The position numbers were made by a program, and so were the translations under genes. This document shows positions 1 through 8,203 of a stretch of DNA of 64,000 nt, piece after piece (position 1 is the first letter of the stretch; each line of letters begins with the position of its first letter). The notes beneath the pieces are model-generated. The model made no database searches and had not been told where the DNA came from. It saw only the letters and a list, made by a program, of their open reading frames with translations. This DNA comes from an uncultured bacterium (GTDB lineage Bacteria; Oederibacteriota; JAAXVQ01; JAUVAV01). The DNA is taken from positions 288,001-352,000 of the forward strand of contig CAVQBK010000001.1 in assembly GCA_963710755.1 (NCBI GenBank), written 5' to 3'.

Positions 1-470
1 ATTTCAACCTTCGTTTCATCGACCCTTATATGGTCTTGGCAACCCGTTTGATGGGCGCACTCAGTAGCGGACCGCAACATCCTTTGTTCCTGTTTGGCGG
101 TTTGGGTGTTTTACCGGAATCCCTGACTATCCGTGGATTCCATCTGGGAGAATTAATCGGCAGTCAAATGGTCACCCTGAATATGGAATTGCGTTTTCCC
201 CTGGCACGTAATATTCACTATTCCTTATGGCCCTTGGATTTTTTAATGATGAAGCACCTCTATCTGGTCTTTTTTGATGATGTGGGCATTGTGAGCAACA
301 ATCTTTTAAAGATCGACGAACGGGATGTGAAAAACAGTATCGGAGTGGGCTTCCGGCTGCATACCTTTTTAATCGGCAAAGAACTCCTGACCATACGTTT
401 CGATATAGCCCAGCGCACAGACCTTCCAGGTAACACGGTGTATACCTGGGGGATCGGCCAGTCATTTTAA
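1..470 (+). CDS. C-terminal part of a BamA/TamA (Omp85)-family outer membrane beta-barrel protein, 5' truncated by the window
   Basis: Frame is open from position 3 (FNLRFIDPYM...). Contains LTIRGF (loop-6 VRGF/Y-like), ELRFPL, VFFDDVG, SIGVGFR and IRFDIA, and ends YTWGIGQSF with the terminal Phe typical of OMPs. Confidence 0.8.
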   Translation, partial: FNLRFIDPYMVLATRLMGALSSGPQHPLFLFGGLGVLPESLTIRGFHLGELIGSQMVTLNMELRFPLARNIHYSLWPLDFLMMKHLYLVFFDDVGIVSNNLLKIDERDVKNSIGVGFRLHTFLIGKELLTIRFDIAQRTDLPGNTVYTWGIGQSF

Positions 471-852
471 ATTAAGACCTTAATGCCCACGAGCTGGACC
501 ACCACCAATCCTCAACCAACTAGTTAGTTCTTGTTGCTGAAAGGCCATTTTTCATGGCTTTGGTGATGGTCAGCCCGGCTTGCCGTCTTTTCCTCAGGAC
601 GGGAAGGTTTGGATATTTTTTATCTTCACCATATAGGTTAAGGTCCCCATATGCCGGTTCAGAACTCGTCCTATTGCCGATGATGAAAAGAGCTTTGTAT
701 CTTTATAAATATCTATTTATTTCCTCAACCTACACCAGTTAGCGATTGAATTCAGATGTAATTAATGCTATAACTCAACATTATACCGTTAATCCACCAC
801 CAAGATCATCGGATTAATGGTAAGTCATTATAATCACGACAGGTTGAGTACC

Positions 853-1668
853 ATGTTTCGTATAAAATCAAAAATCAAACTCGCCCCCTCCGTATGGCGT
901 TATAGCCTGGAAGCCCCTCAAATTGCCCAGCAACGCAAGCCAGGTAATTTTGTTATTATAAGGCCAACCCAGCATTCGGAACGGATTCCCTTAACCATTG
1001 TGGATAGCCATGACCAAAACGGCACTATTGATATTATCTTCCAGGTGGTGGGTGCCACCACCCTGGATTTGGAACAGCTTGACGTGAACGAGCACATCGA
1101 GGATATTTCCGGACCTTTGGGCCATCCCACCCATATTGAAGCCTATGGCCGTGTAGCGGTTGTTGGCGGCGGGGTGGGTATTGCACCGCTGTTGCCCATT
1201 GCCAAGGCCTTGAAACAGGCCGGAAACCATTTAACAGCAATCCTGGGAGCCCGTTCCGCTGACTATCTCATTTTACAAAATGAGCTCAAGTCGATTAGCG
1301 ACAACCTGCTCATCGCCACTGATGATGGCAGCCGGGGGCATAAAGGATTAGTCACCGATGTCCTTAAACCGCTGCTTGATAACAAAGCAGTGGATTTCGT
1401 TTTGGCCGTTGGCCCGGTAATCATGATGAAAGCGGTCGCTGACTTGACGAGATCTTATAAAATCAGGACCATGGCCAGCCTCAATCCGCTAATGATCGAC
1501 GGCACGGGGATGTGCGGGGTCTGTCGGTGCAAAATCGACGGTCATACCAAATTTGCCTGTGTGGATGGCCCTGAATTTGATGCTCACCAGGTTGATTTTG
1601 ACCTCTTGATGCGCCGCTTGGCCATGTTCAAGGCGGAAGAAAAGCAAAAAATGGAGGCCAGGCAGTAA
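853..1668 (+). CDS. nfnA: NfnA/SudB-type ferredoxin-NADP+ reductase subunit (FAD/NAD-binding, 2Fe-2S)
   Basis: ERIPLTI, GPLGHP, VGGGVGIAP and DGTGMCGVCRC...FACVDGPEF motifs. Start taken at ATG 853 (MFRIKSK). Its stop overlaps the next ATG. Confidence 0.9.
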   Translation: MFRIKSKIKLAPSVWRYSLEAPQIAQQRKPGNFVIIRPTQHSERIPLTIVDSHDQNGTIDIIFQVVGATTLDLEQLDVNEHIEDISGPLGHPTHIEAYGRVAVVGGGVGIAPLLPIAKALKQAGNHLTAILGARSADYLILQNELKSISDNLLIATDDGSRGHKGLVTDVLKPLLDNKAVDFVLAVGPVIMMKAVADLTRSYKIRTMASLNPLMIDGTGMCGVCRCKIDGHTKFACVDGPEFDAHQVDFDLLMRRLAMFKAEEKQKMEARQ

Positions 1669-3062
1669 TGGCGTTTAATTTAAACCGGCCCGTCATGCCG
1701 GCTCAAGACCCCGCCCAGCGGCGTAAGAATTTCCAGGAAGTCAATCTGGGATACGATCAGGCCATGGCCATGGCCGAAGCCAAGCGATGCTTGCAATGCA
1801 AACGACCTACCTGTATTGCCGGCTGTCCGGTACATATCAATATTCCTTATTTCATCCAAGCCCTGGCTGAAGGCAACCCCAATGAAGCCGTAGCCCGGAT
1901 CAAGCAGGACAATGCTTTGCCGGCCATATGCGGCCGGGTCTGTCCTCAGGAAAAGCAATGCGAGGTGCAATGTGTATTGGAAAAAAAAGGTGCCGCCATT
2001 GCCATTGGTGCTTTGGAACGCTTTGTCGGCGATCATGCCATTAAGGAATGTCTGGAAACCGAATGCCGTATTGTTGAACGTGAAGAAAAGGTGGCGGTCA
2101 TTGGCAGTGGTCCTTCCGGATTAACCTGTGCAGGGGAACTTAGAAAACTGGGCTATCAAGTAACACTTTATGAAGCTTTGCATGAACTGGGCGGCGTGCT
2201 TTCCTATGGCATTCCTGAGTTCCGCCTTCCAAAAAGCACGGTAGTTAAACCTGAAATCGAGACTTTGCAGGTTCTGGGCGTGCGTTTTGAAAAAAACGCG
2301 CTCATCGGCAAATTCAAAAGTATTCCTGACTTGATTAATCGCGATGGCTTTAAAGCCGTGTATATTGCCAGCGGCGCTGGATTCCCACAATTCATGGACT
2401 TGCCCGGTGAAGACTTGAATTATGTTTATTCCGCTAATGAATTCCTGACCAGGATCAACCTTATGGAAGCCTATAATCCCCAGTCTGCCACGCCCATCAG
2501 GTTAGGCAAGTGCGTGGCCGTCATCGGCGGAGGTAATACGGCCATGGATGCGGCGCGTTGCGCTTTGCGATTCCCCGAGGTGGAAAAAGTCATGCTTCTA
2601 TACCGTCGAACCGAAGTGGAAATGCCGGCGCGCATCGAGGAAGTGAACCATGCCCGGGAAGAGGGGATTGACTTTCATTTTCTGACCACACCGGTGGCTT
2701 ACTCGGGTAATGCATCCGGGCAAGTGCAACAGGTGAAATGTATGAAAATGGCCCTTGGCGAGCCCGATGCCAGCGGCCGGCGTCGTCCCCATGTGGTGGA
2801 AAACAGTGAATTTTCATTGAATGTCGATTCTGTTATTATTGCCATTGGCACCCAAGCCAATCCCATCGTAGCCCAAACCACACCGGGCTTGAAAGTCAAT
2901 GCCCGTGGTTATATTGAAACTGACGAAAATGGCCGAACCAGTCTGCCCAATGTTTTTGCCGGCGGGGATATTGTTAGTGGTGCGGCCACGGTCATCCTGG
3001 CCATGGGGGCAGGCCGCACAGCTGCTCATGAAATCGACCGCCAATTAAAGCCTTCCTTATAA
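1668..3062 (+). CDS. nfnB: NfnB/SudA (GltD-like) NADPH-dependent oxidoreductase subunit
   Basis: RCLQC..PTC..GCP and CGRVCPQEKQCE 4Fe-4S motifs, GSGPSG, YGIPEFRLPK, GGGNTAMDAAR and FAGGDIVSGAATVILAMGAG. Translationally coupled to nfnA, and no gltB is nearby. Confidence 0.88.
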   Translation: MAFNLNRPVMPAQDPAQRRKNFQEVNLGYDQAMAMAEAKRCLQCKRPTCIAGCPVHINIPYFIQALAEGNPNEAVARIKQDNALPAICGRVCPQEKQCEVQCVLEKKGAAIAIGALERFVGDHAIKECLETECRIVEREEKVAVIGSGPSGLTCAGELRKLGYQVTLYEALHELGGVLSYGIPEFRLPKSTVVKPEIETLQVLGVRFEKNALIGKFKSIPDLINRDGFKAVYIASGAGFPQFMDLPGEDLNYVYSANEFLTRINLMEAYNPQSATPIRLGKCVAVIGGGNTAMDAARCALRFPEVEKVMLLYRRTEVEMPARIEEVNHAREEGIDFHFLTTPVAYSGNASGQVQQVKCMKMALGEPDASGRRRPHVVENSEFSLNVDSVIIAIGTQANPIVAQTTPGLKVNARGYIETDENGRTSLPNVFAGGDIVSGAATVILAMGAGRTAAHEIDRQLKPSL

Positions 3063-3477
3063 TTCCTTATCAGCCACGCTTCCACCGGGTGTATTCATTT
3101 ACTGTTACGAGTATCAATTTTATTTTAATATTTAGGTTTTCTTTTTAGCCCGGTCACCTTACCACAACGGTTTATTTTCTAACAACGCCATGCACCTTTA
3201 TGCTATACTGGATTTAGATTTTTCCATTAACCTGGGAGCATGGTGTGCTTATGGATGAGTCTAATGGTAAGTATTTGCAAAAATATCTTTCCTGTTTTTC
3301 ACCTACCTTTTTATCAAATTTTATAAAATCCAAATACTCTTCCTTTAAAATCGCAGCACTCTTTGTAGGTAAAGGTCGTGAATTGTTCTTTAAATGTGTC
3401 CTTAATTCTTCGTTACTTAAACCGTACCTATTGCCACTGGACCGTGTTGCAGGTTATGTGCTAAAGGAAACGCTGAC

Positions 3478-6027
3478 ATGAAAAAAACATTATTTTTTAC
3501 ACTGCTTACAGCGTTCAGCCTGATTCGGCTTCCGGCCATGGCCTTAATCAATACTAGTGATCTTTTAATTGTCGAACCAGGGGAGAGTATTACCTTAAGC
3601 CGAACGGTTTACAGACGTGTCACTATTTATGTCAAAGATGGCGGGACAATTAATATTGCCCCTTATGACGGGGGTGGAGCCAACAATGGACAGCTTGATT
3701 TAATTGCACCTGTTATTATCATTGATGGAACCATTAACGGGGAAGGCACAGGTCACAACGACAGTGGGAAAGGGCACGGCCCCAGTAGCCACTCGGGCGG
3801 CGGCGGCGGCGGCGGTTTTGGAGGAAATGGAGGCAGGGGAGACTACTATACCTACCATTATTGGTATGCCGGCGCAGGTGGCAGCACCTATGATGATGTC
3901 TACCAAGCCCTGGAAGGGTCTTACGGATGGAATGCAGGCAATGGGACCTCCTTTACAGGCTATGGTGGGGCTGGATTAAGATTGGATGCCATGGACTTGG
4001 CCATAGGCAGTACGGCTGTACTCAATGTCAGTGGTTATCAAAAGTCCTCGGCTACCGTAGGCGGCGGCTCGGGAGGTTGTATTCTCCTGGATGGAATAAA
4101 CACCGAGCTCCAGTCTGGAGCGCTATTAAATTTAAAAGGTGGCCCCGGCGGAGGGGCCAATACAAATTGGTATGCCGCGGGTGGTGGTGGCGGAGGCCGT
4201 CTTAAAATATTCAAGCGCCAAACCTTAACGGATGCTGGGGCTGTCATCTCCATATCCGGTGGAACAGGGGGGTCGGATGGTGCCCGCGACGGCGATAACG
4301 GAACCAGCGCTGTTTTGGATGCCCTTCCACTTCCTGATGCGCCATCGCAGCTTTCTCCGGCCGATCAGGCCACCGTTGGATTATCACCAACTCTGCAGTT
4401 TAGTGCCCACGATACGACTGGATGCAAGTTTCTAAGATATCAATGCATTATTAGTAAATCACCGGCTTTCAGCACCATTGACTACGGCTCCACCCAATTG
4501 GCTCCGGATGACGGCGGCTGGGGAGGAAGAGCTTATTATACCTCCGATGAAACCGCTACTTATGCATTGCCCATATCTTTGGATCCTACGACACCTTATT
4601 ATTGGAGCATTTCCGTTACTGCTGATAACGGCCAGACGTGGGTCGATGCCCCGGTTCATTTCAAATTTACCACGGCCATCGTCAATAATAAGCCTTTGGT
4701 GCCCATGATTATTGAGCCCTCAGACAGCAATGTGGATGTGAGCAAAACACCGGCTTTTAAAATTGTCATGGCCGATGGAGAAGGAGACACCATGACCTGC
4801 CAGCTTTTAATTTCCCAGGAACCAACCCTTGCCAATGCCCAGCTATTTCAATCTACGTACAGTGGCTGGGATCATAGCCTTTATGTGCCACAAGGGGCGG
4901 CTGCAGGTATCACGGCCACTTGTCAGGTATTGAATGAAGCTCCTAACTTGGATGCCTTGATCCCTGGGGTGACTTATTATTGCCGTGCCACAGTATATGA
5001 TTATTTGCAGCAAAGCCGTGATTCCACCATCATCACGTTTACTACTGTTCCACTACCTGTGCCGCCGCAAATTTTGTCACCTCCTACCAGTACCATAGTA
5101 ACCAGCAAGGTTCCTACCCTGCAGTTCGAAACCGCCAGCCCCACCTCAGGTTTATTGAAATATGAATTGGAACTGAGCTCCAATAACTTTCAGACCTTGC
5201 TGGTGTTTAAATCCGATAGCGGGGTAGGATGGACTCAAACCACATATGCTTCCGGTGAAACCGCAGTTTTAACCATCCCCCCGGAGAACATGCTGATTTC
5301 CGGTATGGACTATGCTTGGCGTGTGCGCGTTTATGATATTGACAATGATAATTGGAGTGTTTTTTCCGACATCAGTACCTTCACGGTTATGACGCCGCCC
5401 TTCAAGCCGGAATTGCTCTCGCCGCTCGACAATTATTCCGCTCCCAACAGTCGAATCACCTTTAAATTTAAGGTCACCAGCGAAGGCGGCAACACCATGA
5501 CCGCCAAGGTGGAGCTCAGCGACAATGCATTCGCCACGGTATTGCACAGCTTCGACCAGCACCTTGCGCCTGACGGCTGGGACGCCGCCTACTATCAATC
5601 CAATAGTACGGCCGCGTTTACCATCCCCTCATCCATAACGCTGGCTTCCTCTGCCCAATATAGTTGGCGGGTGGCTTTTTTTGACGGGCTATCCTGGAGT
5701 CCCTTATCCGATGTACGTCACTTTACCATGGCCAGATCGGTGACCATTAACGACCTTAAAACCTATCCCAATCCAGCCGTAAACAGTAATGTGATCAATA
5801 TCACCTATCGCCTGTCGGTAGATGCCAAGGTCACGGTAATAATTTATAACCGCCTAGGCAAGGAAGTCAGACAAGTTGTAGTGCCGACCGCTTGGGGGGG
5901 CATGGATGGAAACACCTTGTCTGTCGACATCTCCAATTTTGCCAGCGGTTTGTATTTTTATGAGTTAGTGGCAGAGTCCTCACTGGGCACTAATAAAATT
6001 GTTAAACAATTCGCAGTCATCAAGTAG
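3478..6027 (+). CDS. Secreted protein: signal peptide, glycine-rich N-terminal domain, ~4 Ig/Fn3-like repeats, T9SS type-A-like C-terminal sorting domain
   Basis: N-terminal signal peptide; GGGGGGGFGGNGG-type motifs; repeated P..P.LLSP...P.L.F...Y.W.V units; C-terminus TYPNP...IYNRLGKEVR...ASGLYFYEL...KQFAVIK. Confidence 0.8.
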   Translation: MKKTLFFTLLTAFSLIRLPAMALINTSDLLIVEPGESITLSRTVYRRVTIYVKDGGTINIAPYDGGGANNGQLDLIAPVIIIDGTINGEGTGHNDSGKGHGPSSHSGGGGGGGFGGNGGRGDYYTYHYWYAGAGGSTYDDVYQALEGSYGWNAGNGTSFTGYGGAGLRLDAMDLAIGSTAVLNVSGYQKSSATVGGGSGGCILLDGINTELQSGALLNLKGGPGGGANTNWYAAGGGGGGRLKIFKRQTLTDAGAVISISGGTGGSDGARDGDNGTSAVLDALPLPDAPSQLSPADQATVGLSPTLQFSAHDTTGCKFLRYQCIISKSPAFSTIDYGSTQLAPDDGGWGGRAYYTSDETATYALPISLDPTTPYYWSISVTADNGQTWVDAPVHFKFTTAIVNNKPLVPMIIEPSDSNVDVSKTPAFKIVMADGEGDTMTCQLLISQEPTLANAQLFQSTYSGWDHSLYVPQGAAAGITATCQVLNEAPNLDALIPGVTYYCRATVYDYLQQSRDSTIITFTTVPLPVPPQILSPPTSTIVTSKVPTLQFETASPTSGLLKYELELSSNNFQTLLVFKSDSGVGWTQTTYASGETAVLTIPPENMLISGMDYAWRVRVYDIDNDNWSVFSDISTFTVMTPPFKPELLSPLDNYSAPNSRITFKFKVTSEGGNTMTAKVELSDNAFATVLHSFDQHLAPDGWDAAYYQSNSTAAFTIPSSITLASSAQYSWRVAFFDGLSWSPLSDVRHFTMARSVTINDLKTYPNPAVNSNVINITYRLSVDAKVTVIIYNRLGKEVRQVVVPTAWGGMDGNTLSVDISNFASGLYFYELVAESSLGTNKIVKQFAVIK

Positions 6028-6034
6028 GGAAGCC

Positions 6035-7849
6035 ATGAGAAGACCTTTTCTTTCCATTTTCTGCCTTGTCATTTTCCTGTCGACCGCTTCTGGGCCCATG
6101 GTCCTGGCGGATGATGAGGCTGTGGGCGCGGTGTTTCTCAATGAAGGTATGGGTGCCAGAGCAACAGCTATGGCCGGTGCCTTTGTGGCTGTGCCGCAAG
6201 GATCCAACATGGTATTCTGGAATCCCGCTGCTTTAACCCGGCAAAGAACATTGGAATTGATGGTAACCCATACAGAATACATCCAAGGATTACGAAATGA
6301 GTATTTAACCTTCAGCCTGCCGCTCGGTCAGGACCAAGCTGTTGGATTCAACACTTATTTTTCTTATATTAACTCTTTGGAAAAATTAACTAGTTTAAAT
6401 GATATCCCTACCACCTTTGGAGTTTATGACATCTATTTTACCGCAGCCTGGGCATATCGCTTTCAAGCCGGGCAAGGTTTGGGAGTCGGCCTGAAAGGAA
6501 TTTATCAACGTATAGATGAATTTACTTCCTGGAGTGGCGCCGTGGATATGGGTTATGTGATAAGTGATTTCATGGTAGATAATCTGACTTTAGGCGCCAC
6601 TTTAAAAAATTTGGGGCTACCAGTTAAATTCATTACTACGGCATATTGGTTACCCATGACGCTGAGCCTGGGCGCATCTTACCGGTTCTGGGATGACAAC
6701 CTGCTTTGCTCATTTGCAATTCAAAAACCTTACCAGCAGGAATTAATCTTTAGTCTCGGTGCGGAATATACTCTTGAAGATACGCTTTATTTGCGCGCCG
6801 GATATAAATATTCTCAATTCGGCAATGATTTAGGACTCTGGTCCAGCTTCAGCTTTGGATTAGGCGCTGAAATCTCGGACTATAAATTGGACTATAGTTA
6901 TACGCCCTTTGGCGATTTAGGAGATGTTCATCGCTTTTCCATTACTTTGCCATTTGGTCAAAATATGGCCGATGAAGAAAAAATCATTCGTCGTTTGGAA
7001 AAACAATTGAAAAACAAGCAAAATAATGTCGTCAACAATTATCTAGAAAAGGGTAATTCCAGCCAGCGCAATCACGATTATGACAAAGCCATCGTCAATT
7101 ATGAAAAAGCCATGGTCTTGGCCCCGGATCGCCGGGATATTCAAAATAAATTAAATCACGCCAGGGTAAAGAGGAGGGAAGTCCAGATAGCCTCCTTCAT
7201 CCATACAGGGAAGAGCGCCTACAAAAAACATGAATATATCACCGCTTTGATCGAATTCAATAAAGCCAAGGAAATCGACGGCCATAATAAAAAGGTGACT
7301 TTTTGGTTGGATAAAACTAATGCACAATTGGTCAAAGAACAAGTTTTGTTCAAAGGAAATAAAGAAGTTGCCAAGGATTTCAAAACCGGTTTGTACAATT
7401 TAAATAATGGCCGCTATCAAGACGCGATTTCCGCATGGAAACGTATATTAAGAAAGGATCCTCGCAATCAACAGGTTATAAGCTATCTCAACAGAACCAA
7501 TCAAAAACTCAAAGAAGAAATCAAAGATCTTTTAGACCAGGCCAATACCTTGTGGGTTGGCGATGAAAAACCGGAAGCTGTTAAATGCTGGCGCCGGGTC
7601 CTGAGCTTGGATAGTGACAATAGTACCGCCAACTCGGCCCTGACCACCAACCGGGAACAAATCGAAACCTTAGCCGAAGCCTTATATAAAAGCGGCGTAC
7701 AAAATTATGTTAATAACCGCTTGGTCGATGCCATTGCCAATTGGACCTATGTACTGATGCTGGAGCCTCACCACGACAAGGCTAAAAAGAATCTGGCCAG
7801 AGCCAAGGATAAAGTCAAAGAATTGGAATCCTTGCAAACCGTCCAATAA
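6035..7849 (+). CDS. PorV/PorQ-family beta-barrel fused to a C-terminal TPR array
   Basis: FLNEGMGARATAMAGAFVA...FWNPAAL, LRAGY and DYSYTPFGDLGDVHRFSI, followed by several TPRs (e.g. YDKAIVNYEKAMVLAP). Start at ATG 6035, 7 nt after the cargo gene stop. Confidence 0.85.
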   Translation: MRRPFLSIFCLVIFLSTASGPMVLADDEAVGAVFLNEGMGARATAMAGAFVAVPQGSNMVFWNPAALTRQRTLELMVTHTEYIQGLRNEYLTFSLPLGQDQAVGFNTYFSYINSLEKLTSLNDIPTTFGVYDIYFTAAWAYRFQAGQGLGVGLKGIYQRIDEFTSWSGAVDMGYVISDFMVDNLTLGATLKNLGLPVKFITTAYWLPMTLSLGASYRFWDDNLLCSFAIQKPYQQELIFSLGAEYTLEDTLYLRAGYKYSQFGNDLGLWSSFSFGLGAEISDYKLDYSYTPFGDLGDVHRFSITLPFGQNMADEEKIIRRLEKQLKNKQNNVVNNYLEKGNSSQRNHDYDKAIVNYEKAMVLAPDRRDIQNKLNHARVKRREVQIASFIHTGKSAYKKHEYITALIEFNKAKEIDGHNKKVTFWLDKTNAQLVKEQVLFKGNKEVAKDFKTGLYNLNNGRYQDAISAWKRILRKDPRNQQVISYLNRTNQKLKEEIKDLLDQANTLWVGDEKPEAVKCWRRVLSLDSDNSTANSALTTNREQIETLAEALYKSGVQNYVNNRLVDAIANWTYVLMLEPHHDKAKKNLARAKDKVKELESLQTVQ

Positions 7850-7996
7850 AAATACCAAACCAAGACTGATATCCAATCACCGCCGGGGAAACTGAAAAAA
7901 CACTCATGTAAAACCAAGTGTATGTTTACAGCTTTAACCATGTTAAAATCAAGACAGCACTTTCATCCACCAAGAATTCCAAAATAGGAAATACCG

Positions 7997-8089
7997 ATGA
8001 AGCTTAATCTGGTTAAGTTATTTAAACTATTACTTTTTATTTGTGCCGTGATTATCACCATTTTGGCGGGCATGATATTTGATCATTAA
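7997..8089 (+). CDS. Possible 30-aa single-TM small protein (MKLNLVKLFKLLLFICAVIITILAGMIFDH)
   Basis: Read directly from the sequence; AGGA lies upstream and the core is hydrophobic. Below the ORF-track length cutoff. Confidence 0.3.
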   Translation: MKLNLVKLFKLLLFICAVIITILAGMIFDH

Positions 8090-8120
8090 GTTAAGTGTAG
8101 CCTTATTGGTTAATTATAAT

Positions 8121-8148
8121 AGTTAACATAATATGTATTATCCGACGT
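8121..8148 (-). other. dif: dif site (XerC/XerD chromosome dimer resolution site)
   Basis: Minus strand reads ACGTCGGATAA-TACATA-TTATGTTAACT, an 11-6-11 layout matching E. coli dif GGTGCGCATAA-TGTATA-TTATGTTAAAT (XerD arm 10/11). It is intergenic and sits at the point where gene orientation converges. Confidence 0.85.
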
Positions 8149-8158
8149 TATATTTTCA

Positions 8159-8190
8159 ATAAAAAAGGCCCCTTAACCAGGGACCTTTTC
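8159..8190 (-). terminator. Rho-independent terminator of thrS
   Basis: Minus strand AAAGGTCCCT-GGTTA-AGGGGCCTTT followed by a T-run, about 14 nt after the thrS stop. Confidence 0.75.
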
Positions 8191-8203
8191 CGTGTTTTTA
8201 TTA

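Noticed and set aside
1668-3062. Glutamate synthase small subunit gltD
   Set aside because: No large subunit is adjacent, and coupling to an NfnA/SudB-type gene indicates NfnAB.
3245-3481. 78-aa ORF upstream of the T9SS-type cargo
   Set aside because: AT-rich promoter-like DNA with a GTG start and no recognisable features.
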